Source: Schmidtea nova (lineage: Eukaryota). Taken from it: DNA of 64,000 nucleotides. Shown here one piece after another: positions 50,096 to 62,882 of this stretch (position 1 is the stretch's first letter; the number at the start of each line of letters is the position of its first letter). Below the pieces are notes generated by a model. That model made no database searches, was not told the DNA's origin, and was given only the letters and a program-made list of their open reading frames with translations. The stretch spans positions 79,174,001 through 79,238,000 of the forward strand of contig CM097883.1 in the NCBI GenBank assembly GCA_044892505.1. Direction: 5' to 3'. Position numbers and translations under genes: made by a program.

Positions 50096-50407
50096 AGATG
50101 ACGGTTTTATTTTAAAAAAAACTTTTGAAAAATTTACTTTTATTGTTTTTTATTTATAATAAATAATTTTTAAAAATGCGCTCAATTATTAATTAATTAT
50201 GATAATAAAAATTAATTTAAGTTTACATTGGAAATCTTGCGGCTCTACAGTGTTTTATCATTTCCAAACATGGCTCCACAAAGGGGAGTCCCCATACATA
50301 AAGCTTTGAGCACTCCTGTTTTACATCATAAATTGCTTATATAAATTCCAAAAATTCAATGAAAAATCTATTTTCAATTTAAAATTCATGCATCTGACAG
50401 CTAGTAA

Positions 50408-53356
50408 ATGGTGAGACTTGTATGGATGTTTAAACTATCATTTCTAATTAGTTTAACAATAACCTGTTATTTTATTTATTTCATTCACATCAACTTGCTC
50501 GTTATTCACAATGAAAATCACGATTTTTCTGAAGATCGAAAACATTTATGCAATAATTTATATTGTTCAAAATTCTATCACAATTACGTCAATGTCCATC
50601 TGGTTCCGATGAGCCATTTAGAAAATTCATGGTTGAAAGAACTGGGAGGTCTTTTCAAGTGTAGCGAAATTCACATGAATAAAGTGAATATAAAAACCCT
50701 ATTTAATTCAGTTTATTTAGCTTTGAAATTGAATTCAAGTAGAAGATTCATAATAACAGAAATCAGTTTCTTTCAGCAATGGTACGATGATTTGGACCCT
50801 AACCAAAAGGCCGTGGTGAAGATATTTTTCGACCGTGGCCAATTGCAATTCGTGTCGGGCGGCATTGTGATAAACGATGAGGCGACAACTCACTATTCGT
50901 CCATAATAAATCAAATTTCATTGGGGTTGAAATTTATTAAAATAAATTTTGGATTATGCGCCCGGCCGCTAGTTGGCTGGCAAATCAATCCTTATGGCCA
51001 TTCAAAAGAAATGGCAAATATAATGAAAAAGATGGACTTCAAAGCGGTTTTTCTTAGCCACATTCCGTCGCAATTGTCGAATTTTGAGATGGATTTCCTT
51101 TGGCAGACAAAAGATACCAACGACAGCAATGTCGGCAATTCAATCTTTACTTCAATTATAACAAGCGGTATCGTGGCCCCAAGAACTTTCTGTTTTCATG
51201 GGCATTGTAAAAATAATTTGAAAAGTGCTTCAGAAAGCTTCATCAACTCCGTAATGGAAAGGATTTCCCTACAAAACAACACCAAGCACATTTTAATTCC
51301 ACTGGGCTGTGATTTTCATTTCCAACAAGCACTGGAAACATTCAAAAACTTCGACAAAATCATTGACATTGTCAATTCGAAACAAAAGATCTTTCGAGTG
51401 TTTTACTCAACTCCCGCTTGCTATTTGGAAGGAGTCGCCAATTCCATTAGAACTCTTCAAATCTACAAGAATGACTTTTTTCCATTTGACAAATCACTGA
51501 AAGAGTTTTGGATAGGATTCTATTCTTCGAGACCTAATTTAAAATTATCCATCCGTTTAGCTGAAAGTTACATTCAAACTTGCAAAATGATAACGGCATT
51601 GAGTGACAAGGAGTTTAATAGGAAGCGAATCAAACTTGTTGATGATCTCACGTACTTGTCTGACTTGATTTCGAAGACCCAACATTATGATTACATAACG
51701 GGAAACAATCCAGCACAAATTGTCCAAATGAAAACCAAAGAGCTAAGCGAGGCAATAAAGATCTGCCACGAATTGTCGGCGGCTGGCGTAGAAAGTATAA
51801 TGAAACTGAAATCTGCCAATCGCAAGTCATTGCTCTTCTATGACTGTCCATATCTTGATTTGAGCTTTTGCTCTTTAACTGACAATATCCAGCTGAATAA
51901 AATGGTGAATTTAATTGTTTTCAATCCATTGCCATATCCGTATACAACTTGGATATATTTGCCGGTGAGTCTTGACATTCATCAAACCTACGAGGTGAAG
52001 GACGTCTGGAATACTTTACTACCGATTGATATTGTTCCAATAAATAAACTGATACTAAATAATAAAGATCGGCCATCTAAAAGCAAAGCAAAATATAATA
52101 TTTATTTCAAAGCCCAACTTCCAGAAGCGGGTTACACAGTGTTTTCAATTAGGCGAAAGCGAAAGAATTTCTGGGACTTCAATAAAATATTAGTCTCAAA
52201 ATCCCTGATTCTCGCCCACAAGGTTCACATATCGAATTCTGTAATAAATGTCTCGTTAAATTTAAAAACAAATAAACTCGTGATCAGGACACGAGGTAAG
52301 AAGGTCTCAATGTTTTTAGGAATAAAATGTTACTGTACAAATTTGGACGGGGTTAATGCGTCGTCGGGAGTGTTTGTGTCAGTACTAAAGGATATGTCGA
52401 AAACCATTCACAGTAAACCAACTTCTTACATTTTGGATGGGTCTTTGGTAAAGGAAATTCGCCGAAAGTACAGCAGTGGTATCGGTTTGACAATTAGACT
52501 CTTTGAGGGTCAAGATAATGTTGAAATAGAATGGGTTATCGGCGGAATTGACGAGAACAGTAACTTCAATCGAGAATATGTGTTATCATACAGATCAGAT
52601 ATAACTACCAATAACCAATTTTTCACAGATTCTAATGGTCGACAACTGATTAAACGATTTCTAAAGAGAAATGTCTCAATTGAATCTAATTTCTATCCCA
52701 TCACATCGCATGTATTAGTGAACAATAGTCGCAATGTCGGTCTATTAATTCATACGGATAGAAGCGTTGCGGTCGGTGGCAGGGTACCTAATTCGGTGGA
52801 ACTGCTGATTAATAGAATAATTCTTTCTTTTGATAAAGGAAGTCTCAATAAGCAATTGAAAGATGTCGGGTCAAACCGAAAGATATTAAGTGTCATTGGG
52901 AGAAATTGGATTGAAATCGGCAGTACGAATCATTTGATAATAAATCGAAGATTAAAGTCCAATGAAATATTTAAGAAGCCCATTCTCATGTTCAAAAAGA
53001 ACAATATCGTTGATTTTTATTTGAAAATATTCACTCACATCAAAACCCAACCGAGACATTTGAACATTTTGACTTTGGAACCGATTTTAGAGCCGAACTC
53101 TAATAATGGAATTATTCTACTAAGACTAGAAAATCTAAAAGACATCAGCAGCAACGAAAACTGGAACCGTTTCAACACCGTTCGGGTTGATCTTAAGCAT
53201 TTTTTTGAAAATTTTAACATTTTAGAAGCAATTGAAATGAATTTAGCAGGAGATAAAGAATTAAAAATACTTGACATAAAATTCGGATTTAAGTTTTCAA
53301 TAAAACCAATGGAAATAGTTACGATAAAAATTAAACTTTCTGAGACTACAGATTAA
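50408..53356 (+). CDS. Intronless GH38 (lysosomal class II alpha-mannosidase-like) protein, 982 aa, N-terminal hydrophobic anchor; catalytic residues substituted
   Basis: VHLVPMSHLENSW, FVSGGIVINDEA, WQINPYGHS, LGCDF, YSTPACY, FWIGFYSSRP, QHYD, FFTDSNGRQ, NFYPITS. Confidence 0.92.
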   Translation: MVRLVWMFKLSFLISLTITCYFIYFIHINLLVIHNENHDFSEDRKHLCNNLYCSKFYHNYVNVHLVPMSHLENSWLKELGGLFKCSEIHMNKVNIKTLFNSVYLALKLNSSRRFIITEISFFQQWYDDLDPNQKAVVKIFFDRGQLQFVSGGIVINDEATTHYSSIINQISLGLKFIKINFGLCARPLVGWQINPYGHSKEMANIMKKMDFKAVFLSHIPSQLSNFEMDFLWQTKDTNDSNVGNSIFTSIITSGIVAPRTFCFHGHCKNNLKSASESFINSVMERISLQNNTKHILIPLGCDFHFQQALETFKNFDKIIDIVNSKQKIFRVFYSTPACYLEGVANSIRTLQIYKNDFFPFDKSLKEFWIGFYSSRPNLKLSIRLAESYIQTCKMITALSDKEFNRKRIKLVDDLTYLSDLISKTQHYDYITGNNPAQIVQMKTKELSEAIKICHELSAAGVESIMKLKSANRKSLLFYDCPYLDLSFCSLTDNIQLNKMVNLIVFNPLPYPYTTWIYLPVSLDIHQTYEVKDVWNTLLPIDIVPINKLILNNKDRPSKSKAKYNIYFKAQLPEAGYTVFSIRRKRKNFWDFNKILVSKSLILAHKVHISNSVINVSLNLKTNKLVIRTRGKKVSMFLGIKCYCTNLDGVNASSGVFVSVLKDMSKTIHSKPTSYILDGSLVKEIRRKYSSGIGLTIRLFEGQDNVEIEWVIGGIDENSNFNREYVLSYRSDITTNNQFFTDSNGRQLIKRFLKRNVSIESNFYPITSHVLVNNSRNVGLLIHTDRSVAVGGRVPNSVELLINRIILSFDKGSLNKQLKDVGSNRKILSVIGRNWIEIGSTNHLIINRRLKSNEIFKKPILMFKKNNIVDFYLKIFTHIKTQPRHLNILTLEPILEPNSNNGIILLRLENLKDISSNENWNRFNTVRVDLKHFFENFNILEAIEMNLAGDKELKILDIKFGFKFSIKPMEIVTIKIKLSETTD

Positions 53357-53699
53357 AGTTCATAAAGTTAAGCGGTTGTTTTTAAACGTCTTTCAAATTA
53401 AATTAACTACAAACCGATTTTAATTAAATGATTCTTTTCTTTTTAAAAGAAATCGGTTTTACAACAGTAATAAACGGTAAATCTCTCCCCTAGGCAAACT
53501 TGTGTGACTTATTAAGGAATGGGAAAAAATGTTAAAAGCGTTTATTAGTAGATAATTCTAGATTCATTTTAATTATTTATCATTTTTAATTAATTATGTT
53601 AGCATTTAAACGTTAGAGCAAAACAGACTTGATATGCCTAGAATGATTCTGGCTGGATATATGGATGTCGCCAAGTTTTATTATCAGACAATTCTTTCA

Positions 53700-54498
53700 A
53701 CAGTTTTGACAAAGTTATTTCATCTTTCAGAGAGAGGTAACTTCCCAATTTTACGGCCAATGCCAACTTTCACAAGCTGGCGAGATAATAAAACATCATT
53801 CAATTTGTTCACATACACATTATGGTCCAAGATCACCAAACCATTACCTTTATCATATTTACAAACGTTAATATCTTTTTAGCCAAATTCTTCAAAATTA
53901 AAAAATCCCTAATATTCGGTTTTTTTATTAGAATAATCAGTCGTACTCACATTCAACAAATTCTTTACATAATTATTATCAATATCCTTATCAAACACAC
54001 ACACATATATTAAAGGACAATCTTTCAATTTTTGTGCATAAGTTAATTTTGTCTTTTCGGCTTTTAATACCATGATTGGGACCATATTTTAAAATAGTTT
54101 CCTTATCATTTATCAACACGATTTTGCTCATATTTAAAAGTGTCATTTACATCAAATTTATTAATATAAAACAATATCCTTAAATTATTCAACTTCTTAA
54201 TATGTGAATCATATTTATGCTTTAATTGCAATTTAGAATTATTTTTACACCATTTGATACAATATTGAAAACGAAAATTACAAATTAACTTGAGCAAAAA
54301 CAGATTCCATTACAGTTAATTCACTATCCGAAAACCGCTTCTTATTCTTCTGTGCTTCCAAAGTTCTATGCAACTTTTTCCATGGAATGAACGAATATCT
54401 TCCTTTAGGAGATACTTACTCCATTTCATTTTAAAAATGAAAGAAGAAATCATATTATTCTCTGGACAAGTTTCTACAAAACTGGTATCTCGTTCCAT
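53700..54498 (-). pseudogene. Penelope-like element ORF N-terminal remnant
   Basis: FVETCPENNMIS.FIFK, ETILKYGPNHGI..KIE, KDINVCKYDKGNGLVILDHNVYVNKLNDVL in expected order across frames. Confidence 0.6.
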
Positions 54499-54558
54499 TT
54501 TTTTTAAATTGGAATAAATTTCCTCAGCATTCGTTTGAACACGGACATTTTGAATGTA

Positions 54559-55854
54559 TTCCGGCCTACCAAAAGTCTCCAGTCAGGCAGTTATTTACAT
54601 ATTGCAGTTTATAATGAACGTCTGCAGTGCAGATATGAACAGCAATCGGAACAAAGGTCACCAACACCTTCAACATGCTGCATGCGCACATGTACACACG
54701 CACAGGCACACAGAATATGACTACTCACACCAGACACACAACAGTGATAACAGTGAGTCATGTTATTGAAGGATTGTCACTTTCTTACAATATGACTACT
54801 CACACCAGACATTATTTACAGATGTTACCTTTGTAGAAAAAGTCAAGATGAAACTGCTGCATTGACTGGCCATCCCAAAGGAACTATTAACGACATCCTG
54901 AAGCAGACACATGTCAAAAAGCAACGTTTTGGCCGCCCTAAGCTTCTCAGCATCCGTACGCAACAGCAGCTAAAACAACTTGTGGTGGCTCACCATCGGT
55001 TTCCTTTGTCCACCATTCGTCGCGAATTACATTTTCATGGTTTCTATGGCAGATACTGCGCAAGGAAACCTTTGATTACAGAAATAATTCGTCGTCGTCA
55101 CTTGAAGTGGTGCCGGGAGAGAAGGAGTTAGACAGCAGAACAATGGCGCTCAGACATTTGGAGTTATGAATCACGTTTCATTTTTTTCAAATCTGATGGA
55201 CAGCAATTCTGCTGGCGTTGTGTAGGAGAACGATTTTATCCTGACTGCATTCAGCCAACTATAAAATATGGAGGAGGCTACATCATGTTTTGCAGTCTTT
55301 TCTCAGCTCGTGGAACTGGCCCTCTAGTAAAGTGCAGCAATCACATGACATCAGTGGAATACTGTGCTATTCTGGAAAATGAGCTTGTTTCGTTTCTCCC
55401 AGAAATTGAGGGGCTCATTTTCGAACAGGATATGGCACCAATCCATACGTACTTCGCACATTATGAAGGAATTATTTCTGCAGCACAGCATCAACGTTTT
55501 GGATTGGGTTCCACAAAGCCCTGGTCTGAATCCTATTGAGTTTCTGTTGGACGTCCTTGGTAGACGATTTTGCAAAAGGATTCTCATTGCCCGTAACGCC
55601 TCCCAACTGGAAACACATCTGCTTGAGAAATGGTCACACATCTCCCTTGATTTCATGGCAAAAGTGGTCGATACATTGCCTAAACGAGAGCGCCTTGTTA
55701 TCCAGATGAAAGGTAAAATAACGAAGTACTAACTCTCTCAGCACCACAGACATTCAGTATTCGTGTGTGTTTGTGGCATTTGTTCCTATTGCTGTACATT
55801 ATAAACTGCAATATGTAAATAACTGCCTGACTGTAGACTTTTGGTAGGCCGGGA
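54559..55854 (+). mobile_element. Tc1-like transposon, decayed DD34E transposase (~54850-55732)
   Basis: TA flanks; long TIR T(T/C)CCGGCCTACCAAAAGTCT.CAGTCAGGCAG..; motifs GRPKLLS, ARKP, KYGGG, FEQDMAPIH, LNPIE. Confidence 0.92.
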
Positions 55855-55989
55855 TATTTAAGTAACTGGGTGTTGCATGTTGTGAATTGTGTTTTTAGTA
55901 TAATTATGTTTGTTTTTGAGAATATTTTTCATTTTTTAAATTTTTATGTTTTTAAAAAAATATTTATAAAAAATAAATTGACGAATCGA

Positions 55990-58900
55990 AGGGTGCCCTA
56001 GGGAAAAGCCGCAAACCCACTTAGCGGCAACTCCCAATTTAATTAATCATTTAACATTTCCATTAAGGCACGACAGGACCGAGCGACAAGGCACTATATA
56101 AACTGAGAGCAATTTGCCGAGAATGCTAGTTGGTCGAAGAAAATTTTAAAGAATTGAGCAAGAATCTGAAAGTTGAAAAGGAAACTGAAACGGTAATTGA
56201 AAGTTATAGAGTATCGATTTATCAATTTCCTGCTTACCAGAAAGTGAGATTTCCCATTGTGTCGTCTACATTAACGCAGAGTGAAGATAACAGTTATAAC
56301 TTTTGTGATTGAATTGGAGAAATAAAAATTATTGTGTTGGTTATAATTTGTTGTTTGAAAGAAATAACACATTTGAAATCCAAAACTCAAGAAATTTATA
56401 ATAGATTTGAAATCCCAAACGCAAGAAATTTATAATAGATTTGAAATCCAAAATGCAAGAAATTTATAAACACAAAAAATAGGAAAACTAAGAAAAGAAA
56501 ATATTTTTAATAAATGTGTATTGAATATTTCTTCTTGTTTAATTTTGTTTTAGAGGTATCTGCAATAAAAGTTGCAACCCCTACAACACATATCAACTTG
56601 CACTCACTACATCCCACATCACTAACTCATAGCAGAGCACAACAACCCATGTAAAAATTTCATTATAAATTACAACATCCCTATTCACAATCTCACCTGA
56701 TCAGTACAATCAACAATCAACATCCATATCTCACCTCACACATGAAAACTCATACATCCATACAATTTACTTTCTCTCATCCATCAATACCACACACACA
56801 GCATACTGCATCCAAAGGTTTTATCCAAAATACTATTCACATACATTCGAAGTTAAACTAGTAGTTTCCCTCAACGACATCCCATAGCTTAACTAATTTG
56901 CAACCTACAATGCCCTACACACAAGTTCATTTTAACTTAAAATAACCGATAACGCAGATTGCTTATATTTTACAACGTCCTAACCTGCTAGCTATCATTA
57001 CTTACACGGGATAACGTCCTAGTAAGTCTGCTTAGGGCAATAATCATCAAACTCAGATCACTTAAACTACCTATAATGTCCAATGCATATCAATTTCACC
57101 ACCATCGACCGTACTCTCATGACAGAACTGTTACTCAGAAAGCAAAACGATCAAATAAATATATTTTATATCATAGAACATAGAAATAAAAGCAAAGATA
57201 ACACCTTCTGAATACCACAAAACATTGTATTTTTAGAATTTGGTGGGAAAGCCAATGATGGCATTTCAAGGTGACACCAGTTTGAGATTACCGTATGCTT
57301 AGGCCAAAGATTTCATGTATGGTTCCTTGGATCCGATGGAGTTGAGTTATGAATGTTGAAACCACCGAGATTGACTGACGTTTGCAAGACATGGTACTTT
57401 AAGGAGACAAAGAAAGAAGAGAAAAAGGAATTTTCCCTTTTATTAAAAATTGTTTACAATCTAAATTGATTTGAATTGCGGCGTACAAAAGTTATCGTAA
57501 AATTTCCAACGAGAAGTTGTTGGACGAGAGATTCAAACTCGAGAGTGAGTTTGATTAAATTCTAATTTTCCTTTCACACTTGTTGGACAAGAGACAATCC
57601 GTCGTATGCTGTTTATAGAGGAAGCTTGAAATTGATCAGTTTGTAGGCGATTGGAGTGGAGAATTGAATTACCATTGTCGACGCATTTATTCAAATTAAT
57701 AGATTCTGTAACTAAAATTCTTTAATATAATTTATTGGATTAATACATAGAAATATAAATACCAAATTTGTTACATTGGTTGAAAACCAGAAATCGATTG
57801 CAGATTTTTTTCGGATTCACTGTCTGAGAGTTACTAAAATCAATAATTTACATTACATAATAATACCGTATTTTAAAACTACCAATCAGGGTGGGTTTAT
57901 TTATAGCCAAATGAAAATCAAAAAAAGCAAGAAATTATTATAATATATATAATGCTATATAGTATTTAACAAGTTTAACAATCCTTTTATTTTTAGGGGG
58001 GTTCAGAAAATAAATTTTAATATAACTAAAGATTTTAAATATATAAATGACTTTTGAATGAATGAATGAAAGATCCAAGGAATTTAAGCTTGTTTAAATT
58101 TGCTACATTACAACCATTGCCGTTGTCAAGGCCTCGGCGATAGTTTAAATTTTTAACGTTAAATTTTGACAAAATTTAAATACAAGTTTTAAAGTAAGAC
58201 AATGGGGTTAGGATATAAATAAAGTTTATTTAAATTTTAAATATTAAAAACACAAAAATTGGAAGCAGTACGAAAATAATAGTAGTTTAGGCTTAAATAA
58301 CGGCGATCATATACCCCGAATATAGGTATTTCTAAAGGAATATTTGATCCTTGAATTGAGTAGCGACCAGATTCTACCTTAGAATGATGTTGTATGGATA
58401 AATACATAAAAATCTTTCTATTCTCTGAAATCAATAACTTTTGCTTGCTTGAAATGAATGTTTTAATAACTACAAATAAAGTAATATCCGTTGTAGAAGT
58501 TGCAAATCGATTGATTTAATACTCGATTCGGAGAAAGGGCTCGTGAGATACAGCAGCGAACAAATTTTACAGGACCCGAAAACTTGGAAACTGCTGTGAC
58601 AAATGATTTTGATAATTTTGCTATGTTTGTTGATTTTTTATGTATATTTTAAATGGGTTCTTGTGTGAATTTGTTAATAATTTGATGTGGGAATTATCTA
58701 TTTGGATGTAAAAATAAATTTTTATCGATATAAATTGTTGATTTAAATCGCTAAGTAGGATCTCAATGAACGTTTATAGATAAATTATGGATGAAGGGAC
58801 GAAATGGGCATTAAACCTTCTATCGGTAGCCCTTGAACCCAGGAGATATTTGGTCAATCATAGTTTCGAGTTTTTCGACGTTCACACATTGCGAATACCC

Positions 58901-59030
58901 ACCCATTTGTTGCATTACCAACGTTAAATTATGACGGACAACAAGATGGTTAAGCTAATGTTTTGTATGTTGAGTTGTTGATGTGAGCCATAGTAACGCC
59001 AAGGTCATATTGACGGTCAACAACCCACCA
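55990..59030 (+). mobile_element. Giant-LTR-family copy 3, opposite orientation, U3 end not found
   Basis: 58793-59030 is the reverse complement of the 17213/42498 block; 56640-56760 matches reverse complement of 21360-21500; plus-strand TATATAAA at ~56094. Confidence 0.65.
56374..56470. repeat. 34-bp tandem repeat x3
   Basis: gaaatcc(a/c)aaa..caagaaatttataatagattt units. Confidence 0.9.
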
Positions 59031-59036
59031 TATATA

Positions 59037-60427
59037 TAGGTTTGGCCGGAAAGTATCTGCAGTTAGAAAAAATAATGGCGTTCAAGTTTCTGCAGTCACA
59101 TTGATCAATGAATCTATATTTAACAAAGACAAATAATTTTATGAAGCAAATTAATCATCCATATCATCGAAGAACTCAAAATAGTTTCCACCATGCTGAG
59201 TGCAACGTTGCCAACGTGCAGTGAGCTTTTTAATGACAGCTGCGAAGAAATTTTCGTTTTTATTCTCTATCCACGACTCTAGCTGCACTTGAACATCTTG
59301 TGCGCAGTTGAATGTCTTGCCATGTTGAGCTGATTTGAGTGGGGAGAAGAGGTAGAAGTCTGATGGGGCTAGATCAGGTGAGTAGGGTGGATGTGGTACG
59401 ACGTTGAGATAAAGTTCAGCTAGCTTCGCCTGAGTTAGATGAGCGGTATGTGGCTTAGCATTGTCATGCTGAAGGTAATGGTATTTATCCAACATTCTTC
59501 TGCGCCATTTATTCAGCAAAGCATCCTTCAAATTGTCAAGCAATGAGCAATAATGGTTGGCATTCATTGTTGCACCGCAAGGCAAAACATCCATTAAAAT
59601 GACCCCCTTGCAGTCCCAAAAAATGTTAACAAATGTTTCTTGCTGGCAAGACTACCTCTCACCTCGGTATGTGGTTCGTCACCAGCTCTTCGCCATGATC
59701 GATGATGTTTGCTCACACTTCCATGCCAGTAGACCCAACTTTCATCAATGGTGATCATACGATGCAGGAAATTGTTTTTTCATACATTTCCAGAAGCATT
59801 CTGCACACATCCACTCTTTTTTCCTTTTGTGCGTCCGTTAAGAACTGTGGAATCCACACTGTTGAAAGATATCGCTTTCCCATCTTTAGTAGATAACTTC
59901 ACACTGTCTCTCTTCCAATTTGTAACTCAAAACCAATTTCTCTAACAGGGGCATGATGATTCTCATCAAGAATTGCTTCAATCTGGTCATCTATGTCACA
60001 GGAAGGTCGTCCACTTCGTGCGTTGTCCTTTACTTCGAAATCTTTCGCCTTGAATTTGGCAACCCATTCAAAGCATGTTCGAATACTCACTGTTCCTTCC
60101 CCTGGTGTGTTGTTGATTTCTTTTTCGATGTCTCTGGTTGATAGGCCTCGTTTCCAGCAGTAGTAAATTAGTTTTCTAACGTCTTTGCGATTAAAATCCA
60201 TGATGTTTTCAATTTAAAGCCAAATTCTACATAAACGGAAAAAGACAATATAAACAAATTAAACAGTTTCATTAAAATGACATTGATATTCTTAGATTTT
60301 TTAAATTAAATTTCGTTTATAACATCAAAAATTATCCTTCTTTGTTTCCACAAAATTTGAAATATATGATATGCAAAGATCTTGAATGGCATTAATTTTT
60401 CTAACTGCAGAAACTTTCCGGTCAAAC

Positions 60428-60430
<3 letters not shown>
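59037..60430 (-). mobile_element. mariner transposon, decayed DD34D transposase (60201-59151)
   Basis: TA flanks; TIR (C/T)AGGTTTG(A/G)CCGGAAAGT.TCTGCAGTTAGAAAAA; WIPQ, TIDESW, HDNAKPH, YSPDLAPSDF. Confidence 0.95.
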
Positions 60431-60465
<35 letters not shown>

Positions 60466-62234
60466 ATTACAATATGATAATGTCAATTTTTCTAATATTC
60501 CATGGAGTCAGTTTTAAAAAATAATTAATTGTAAATTTGCCATGTTCCATGAAAATAATAAAGAACTTATCATTTAAATAGAATAAATGCTGGATAATTC
60601 TAAATGTGAACATTTTGCATTTGTATCACATTGTAAAGCATAGGATCATAAACCACGGCCTGTTAGGAAATCCGACAATAAGTATTTATGATATGCTTTA
60701 ATAACCTTTTTAAATAATGCATATCGCTATTCAAATAACTTTCTAAAACTATTCGATTCTCACTGATATGATCAATATCTTCATATTGATTAAATGCCTT
60801 AATGTCTGTGAAAGAAATGTAGACAAAAAGTCCTGATTTCGGTTTAATTTGAAAATTGAAAATTTTCTCGTTAATAAGAGTTTTTGTTGTCTGAATTTCT
60901 TTTTCATTCATCAGATTTTCTATGAAAATATTTGATGGATGTGATTTTAAAGTTACTGATTGTATTTCATTTCCTTTAAAAACTATGTTTGATAATAAGG
61001 ACGATCACTTTGATCTGGGAAGTACTATAGAGAATTCATCAGAAGTTCTATAACATTTTTCGTTTTCCGAAGTTGATTCAAAATTATCCATTTTCCGAAT
61101 TTCCTGGACAAAGGATTTTGCAATGGTTTGATAAATGAATGTTTGATTAAAATGTATTACTTCCTCGTTTTCCTTGACAAAGAATCGTTTCAGTTAAGCG
61201 TGAATTTCTTTCCAAATAATTCGGTTTCACTTTGACACACTCTGACATGCCAGCCGAACAAAAACCCCACCCCACTGACTATTATTATTTGCTTACGGAT
61301 CAACTTAATTCCGAAAGTGAATAGGAAGAATAAGAAACGGTTTTGAAAATCAAGGTTAGCCAAATCACGCATCCTACGGAGTTTTGAGGCCCAGCTTGAG
61401 AGACTTAACGAGCTGCATCGTGAAAGGACTCTGAGGCTTTTTTTCGATGGAATATCTGTTTAAGTATTCTAGGATTTGTATTGACGATAAGAAAAATTTA
61501 GCAAAAAACCATGCTAACTTCATTGATCTTGTAATGATTAAACAGCCTCCTGAATTTGAATGTAAATTTTTGTTTATGTAAATTTTGTGTTTTATCCTCA
61601 TGGATGTAGTCGTATAATAGCTGTGAAATCTGGTTATGGATGGTGTGTTAGGTTGAAGCGTGAAAAATTGCATGGATCTACTAAAACAGCAATATCTAAT
61701 AACAAATCTAGTAACGATTCGTGAAAGTACAAACACAAATCACCAATCGTCTCTATTAGCGTTATGGCGTGACCGAACTCACTGCCATCAGGGTCCTATA
61801 AACGGTGAAGTACTGCGCCAAGAAGTCTTCAAGAGACCCTCGTTGGGTTGCTGCAGATAAAGGATGTGTGTCCCGGAATAATAAAATTTTATTATTATTA
61901 CTTATACATGAATGTGGCTTAATTTTGTGTCATCAATTTTGTGTAACAATTACAAATACATATGTACAATTAAGGTATGCAGTATATTAGAATTTTTTTA
62001 TTAAAATAAATCACCATTTCTAAAAATTAAAATTATAATAATGTAAAAATTCAAATAATTTAATTTCTTTTATTTAACTTAATTAAAATTTAACTTAATT
62101 AAAATTAAACTTAAAAGCAATACTGCCAGTACAATTTCTAAAATTAATTGTTTAAAATTAACAAATTCAATTGTGTAAAATTGTTTTAATTATATTAATT
62201 CACCGCTCATATTAATTTTTTCAAACAATCAACT

Positions 62235-62882
62235 ATGGGTGATTATTCAGATGCAGATGGCATCTCTTTGAAGAGATTAGAAGAAGAAAGAAAGTCATGG
62301 CGGAAAGATCATCCATTTGTAAATATAGAAATTTGTTTATATTATTAATTTATATATTTAGAGTTTTGTAGCGAAACCATCAAAGAACCCCGATGGAACA
62401 CTGAATCTCATGGTGTGGGATTGTTCAATTCCCGGGAAGAAAGAGGTGAAATTTAATTATAATTCTTAGATTTTCGTTATATAAATTTTTTCATGTAGAC
62501 GCTTTGGGAAGGTGGATTATTTCATTTACGAATGTATTTTAAAGCAGATTATCCTACTACTCCACCTAAATGTAAATTCGAGCCACCACTTTTCCACCCA
62601 AATGTTTTCCCATCTGGTACAGTTTGTTTATCTATTCTAGACGAAGAAAAGGACTGGCGACCCGCTGTAACAATTAAACAAGTAATATTTCTAAATTATG
62701 GTTTTTGTATTTGATTTTTTGATTTTCAGATTCTATTAGGCATTCAAGATTTATTAAACAATCCAAATCCAAAAGACCCAGCTCAATCTGATGCTTATAC
62801 AATGTTTCTACAAAACAAAAAGGAGTACGATGAAAACATAAAGAAACAAGCTGAAAAATTTCGAAATCCAAATTTGTATTAA
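62235..62882 (+). CDS. UBE2I: SUMO-conjugating enzyme UBC9, 167 aa; exons 62235-62318, 62362-62445, 62499-62681, 62730-62882
   Basis: [50 protein letters not shown]; three phase-0 GT-AG introns (43, 53, 48 nt); frame checks out to TAA. Confidence 0.97.

Noticed and set aside
59015-59030. 3'-CCACCA suggesting a tRNA-like or retroplasmid end, or TGG start suggesting a PBS
   Set aside because: Better explained as the TG..CA terminus of a TSD-flanked LTR; matches no tRNA 3' end I know.
60663-61860. Several 60-120-aa ORFs on both strands
   Set aside because: No recognisable family or consistent exon chain; stops in every frame.
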